From NCBI RefSeq assembly GCF_000332335.1, contig NZ_KB235948.1, positions 4,158,977-4,222,976 on the forward strand: a stretch of DNA of 64,000 nucleotides. The letters run 5' to 3'. Under the pieces are notes generated by a model that did no database searches, had not been told where the DNA came from, and worked only from the letters and a program-made list of their open reading frames with translations. Shown piece by piece: positions 61,408-64,000 of the stretch; positions within the stretch are counted from its first letter, which is position 1, and every line of letters begins with the position of its first letter. The stretch comes from Oscillatoria sp. PCC 10802. Its GTDB lineage: Bacteria; Cyanobacteriota; Cyanobacteriia; Cyanobacteriales; Oscillatoriaceae. Both the position numbers and the translations under genes were made by a program.

Positions 61408-62789
61408 TCTCTATAAATAACTCTTAACTTTTTTATAGCACATCAACAATTTGTAATATCTCCCAGGAGGCAGCGCGGCGCAGGGGGATACCGGTGTACT
61501 ATCCGAATAAGCACTTATTAATACACCTGAGGGGAGAGGATCATTAATTAAGTTTATTAGAGACAATATAACAGCCGCAGCCTAAAGAGTTGCACAGATA
61601 AAAATAACGGATAAAGGAAAGGGGGAGCGAAGTGCTAGCCTTGAGGAGGGCCGGATGTCAGGGGGGAGGTGTGGCGGTCTGCTGCCGGTGGGGCTGGCGG
61701 CCAGTGATGGTCGTGGCCAACAGGAGCGGGCCGGGAGACTGTTACATAAATGTGAGGGGGCACTGAGAGGGGGGAATTCTGAAGTGGGGGCAGCAGCAGA
61801 GGCCCCACCGCGGGCCTGACCGGCACACGGTGGATGGAGAAGCGAGAGTGGGGGCAGCACCCGGTGGATTTCCCCACCACCGGGAGAGTGAGCTGGGGGC
61901 TGGGTGCGGCCACGAGCGCCCGGATGCTTGCCATGTTTTTCGCAAGTGGTGAAAGATTTCCGCGCTGCTGGAGCAGCAGCAGGAGACGCAGCTTTACAAA
62001 ATATAAAAAAAACGTCTAAAAGCTTTACCAAAACTTTTTTTTCAGTTTATTCGACCTGGGTTATAATGGAGATAATCGAGAAAGCAGCCAAAGCGGGATA
62101 ACTGTGTTGAGAGATGATTGTTAAGTGCCTGTGCCATCAAAGAACTGTGGCGTGCGTGTGCAGCTACCCTTTGAGTTTTAGCTTTCCAGCAGGAGTAGGG
62201 ATTGAGATGCCACGCCCGCCTGTCATGCAGCCTTCAGCAGATAGAGAGAGCCGGTTAAAGAAATGAGCAGTGAGGGGTGCATTCGGGTTGTGAGAAGTGG
62301 GTTCGAGAGCTTCGTTACAGCGCCAGAGCTTCTGGCTAGTTGTGGCAAAAAGGCTGCAGCAGCAGTGCCGGTGCGTGCGCTTGCGCAGGGAAAAACCCCA
62401 AATTCAGCTTTCCACACCCTAAGGTGGTGGGGTAATCAGATGAATCAGTGCCGCAGGGCTCGGCTTGACGGAGGTGTTTTTAGAAAAGGGAAAAGAAGAA
62501 AGCCATCAGGGGAATACTATCTTTTGCAGGCTGCCGGTGGCGCGAGAGCAGACGGGGAGAGATCGTCCGCTTTGGCCAGAGGGCGCGGCCTGACCAGAAT
62601 CAGGGATATAAATACGAGCGCTATCAACAGCACATAAAAGGAATGCGCCCAAATAGCTCCTCCGGAGAGCCACGGGAAGCCCTAGCGCCCCAAACTGCTC
62701 GCTCCCCTCTGGCAGCATCCCCAATCCCGACTGCCCAGAGACACTGACTGAACTTCTCTGTCCACAAACCAGGCATAAGATTACAGACG

Positions 62790-64000
62790 ATGCGTATCTT
62801 GATTTATTCCTACAACTACTACCCAGAGCCTATCGGCATAGCCCCTCTAATGACGGAACTGGCAGAAGGTTTAGTCAAGCGAGGTCATCAAGTCCGCGTT
62901 GTCACCGGCATGCCAAACTATCCAGAACGGCGCATCTACCCGGGCTACGAGGGCAGGTGGTACATGACCGAGCGAAAAAACAGCGTCACCATTCAGCGCA
63001 GCACCCTGTGGATTCGCGGTCCCCGTCCGAATTTGCTAGACCGGATGTTGCTGGACGCCAGCTTTATTTGCACCAGCATGGTGCACGCCCTGAAGAGCTG
63101 GCGGCCAGACGTGATTTTGGCCACCGTGCCGCCGCTGCCGATTTGCGTGCCGGCAACCCTGCTGGGATGGTTGCGCAATTGCCCAGTGGTTCTCAACGTC
63201 CAGGACATTTTGCCGGACGCCGCCGTGGCAGTCGGTTTGCTGAAGAACAAAAAGATGATCCGGGTTTTTGAAGCCCTAGAAAATTTCGCCTACCGCCACG
63301 CACACACGATTAGCGTCATCGCCGACGGGTTTGTGGACAACCTGCAGGCCAAGGGAGTGCCGGCCAGCAAAATGGTGAAAATCCCCAACTGGGTGGATGT
63401 CAATTTCATCCGCCCCTTACCCAAAGAAAACAATGCCTTCCGCGCCACCCACCAGCTGCAAGACAAGTTCGTGGTTCTCTACTCCGGCAACATTGGCCTC
63501 ACCCAAGGCTTAGAAACCGTTGTCGAGGCAGCCGTGCGCCTGCGCCACATCCCAGATCTTACCCTCACGATCGTCGGAGAGCCCAGCGCCATCAGCGAAT
63601 TGCAGGATTACTGTCGCGCCCGCAGTGCGGATAACGTGCTGCTGCTGCCGTTTGAACCGAGGGAAAAATTGCCGGAACTGCTGGCGGCGGCAGATGTGGC
63701 TTTGGTGATGCAGAAGCACAACGTAATTTCCTTTAACATGCCGTCCAAAATTCCTGTCTACCTGGCCAGCGGTCGCCCGATCGTGGCCTCCGTTCCCGCC
63801 ACCGGCACAGCAGCCACTGCCGTCAAGCAGAGTGGCGGCGGCATTGTGATTCCCCCAGAAGACCCGGAAATCTTGGCAGGGGCGATCTTTGACCTGTACG
63901 AACACCGGGAGAAAGCGGAAGCCCTCGGTCGCGCCGGCAGAAACTTTGCCCTGGAACACTATGCCTTCGAGGAAGCTTTAACCCGGTATGAGGAGATGTT
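62790..64000 (+). CDS. glycosyltransferase family 4 (WcaI-like), 5' portion; gene continues past window end
   Basis: ATG 62790. MRILIYSYNYYPEPIGIAPLMTELAEGLVKRGHQVRVVT... typical GT4 N-domain. No stop before position 64000, so it is absent from the ORF track. Confidence 0.85.
   Translation, partial: MRILIYSYNYYPEPIGIAPLMTELAEGLVKRGHQVRVVTGMPNYPERRIYPGYEGRWYMTERKNSVTIQRSTLWIRGPRPNLLDRMLLDASFICTSMVHALKSWRPDVILATVPPLPICVPATLLGWLRNCPVVLNVQDILPDAAVAVGLLKNKKMIRVFEALENFAYRHAHTISVIADGFVDNLQAKGVPASKMVKIPNWVDVNFIRPLPKENNAFRATHQLQDKFVVLYSGNIGLTQGLETVVEAAVRLRHIPDLTLTIVGEPSAISELQDYCRARSADNVLLLPFEPREKLPELLAAADVALVMQKHNVISFNMPSKIPVYLASGRPIVASVPATGTAATAVKQSGGGIVIPPEDPEILAGAIFDLYEHREKAEALGRAGRNFALEHYAFEEALTRYEEM

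Noticed and set aside
1-64000. tRNA or rRNA genes
   Set aside because: No GGTTCGA(A/T)TCC T-loop-like strings or rRNA-conserved segments noticed. Cannot fully exclude without tRNAscan/cmscan.

Overview
This 64-kb window is chromosomal DNA from a cyanobacterium, almost certainly filamentous. Evidence for that: the alkane-biosynthesis pair ado–aar with accA, an SDR gene and folE in conserved order, moderately frequent HIP1 (GCGATCGC) sites, a CHAT/DUF928/CHASE2 gene cluster, pentapeptide-repeat proteins and many small dispersed repeats.

Gene content in order:
- 5' end of a radical-SAM gene running off the window start (1..302, minus).
- A secreted haemagglutinin-type (TPS) protein, a frameshifted Uma2 endonuclease, a TPR–CHAT protein, DUF928 and a CHASE2 histidine kinase (3.4–12.6 kb).
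- malQ; an acetoacetate-decarboxylase-family fragment; dnaK; hsp20; dus; an MbtH-like orphan.
- A GAF histidine kinase with two CheY-like receivers; argF; a PaaK-like adenylating enzyme; a hicAB toxin–antitoxin pair; a GNAT acetyltransferase; a HEAT-repeat protein.
- Class II aldolase, a VOC-fold protein, a HI0933-like flavoprotein, an RmlD-like reductase, rubredoxin, a YflT/ChaB protein and a pentapeptide-repeat membrane protein.
- A low-GC AAA-ATPase + HNH nuclease pair that looks like the Septu (PtuA/PtuB) anti-phage system (39.2–41.1 kb).
- DUF4112, a hypothetical, SDR and NUDIX genes; then ado–aar–(terB-like)–accA–SDR–folE.
- A Ser/Thr kinase fused to about 16 beta-helix repeats; a conserved hypothetical (tentatively DUF3318-like); queE; two co-oriented hypotheticals (one a lipoprotein); an XRE-like HTH protein; and a 5'-partial GT4 glycosyltransferase at the window end.

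The non-coding DNA is unusually repeat-rich. It holds at least five families: (A) a ~100-bp MITE built around a perfect 35-bp palindrome GAGAAACCCGGTTTCTTTAAGAAACCGGGTTTCTC (9 copies, mostly at gene 3' ends); (B) GGACAGGCGAGACGCCTGTCC hairpin elements; (C) CCCCTCCCCGC...GCGGGGAGGGG G/C-rich palindromes; (D) 26-bp tandem arrays with a GGGCTTTAGCCC core at four loci; (E) ~21-bp GATGGACCTC tandem arrays at two loci. In addition, an inverted ~88-bp repeat pair brackets the malQ segment. No rRNA, tRNA or CRISPR array is supported. Two ORF-poor stretches (20.7–22.1 kb and 45.0–46.25 kb) contain strong hairpins and may encode small RNAs.
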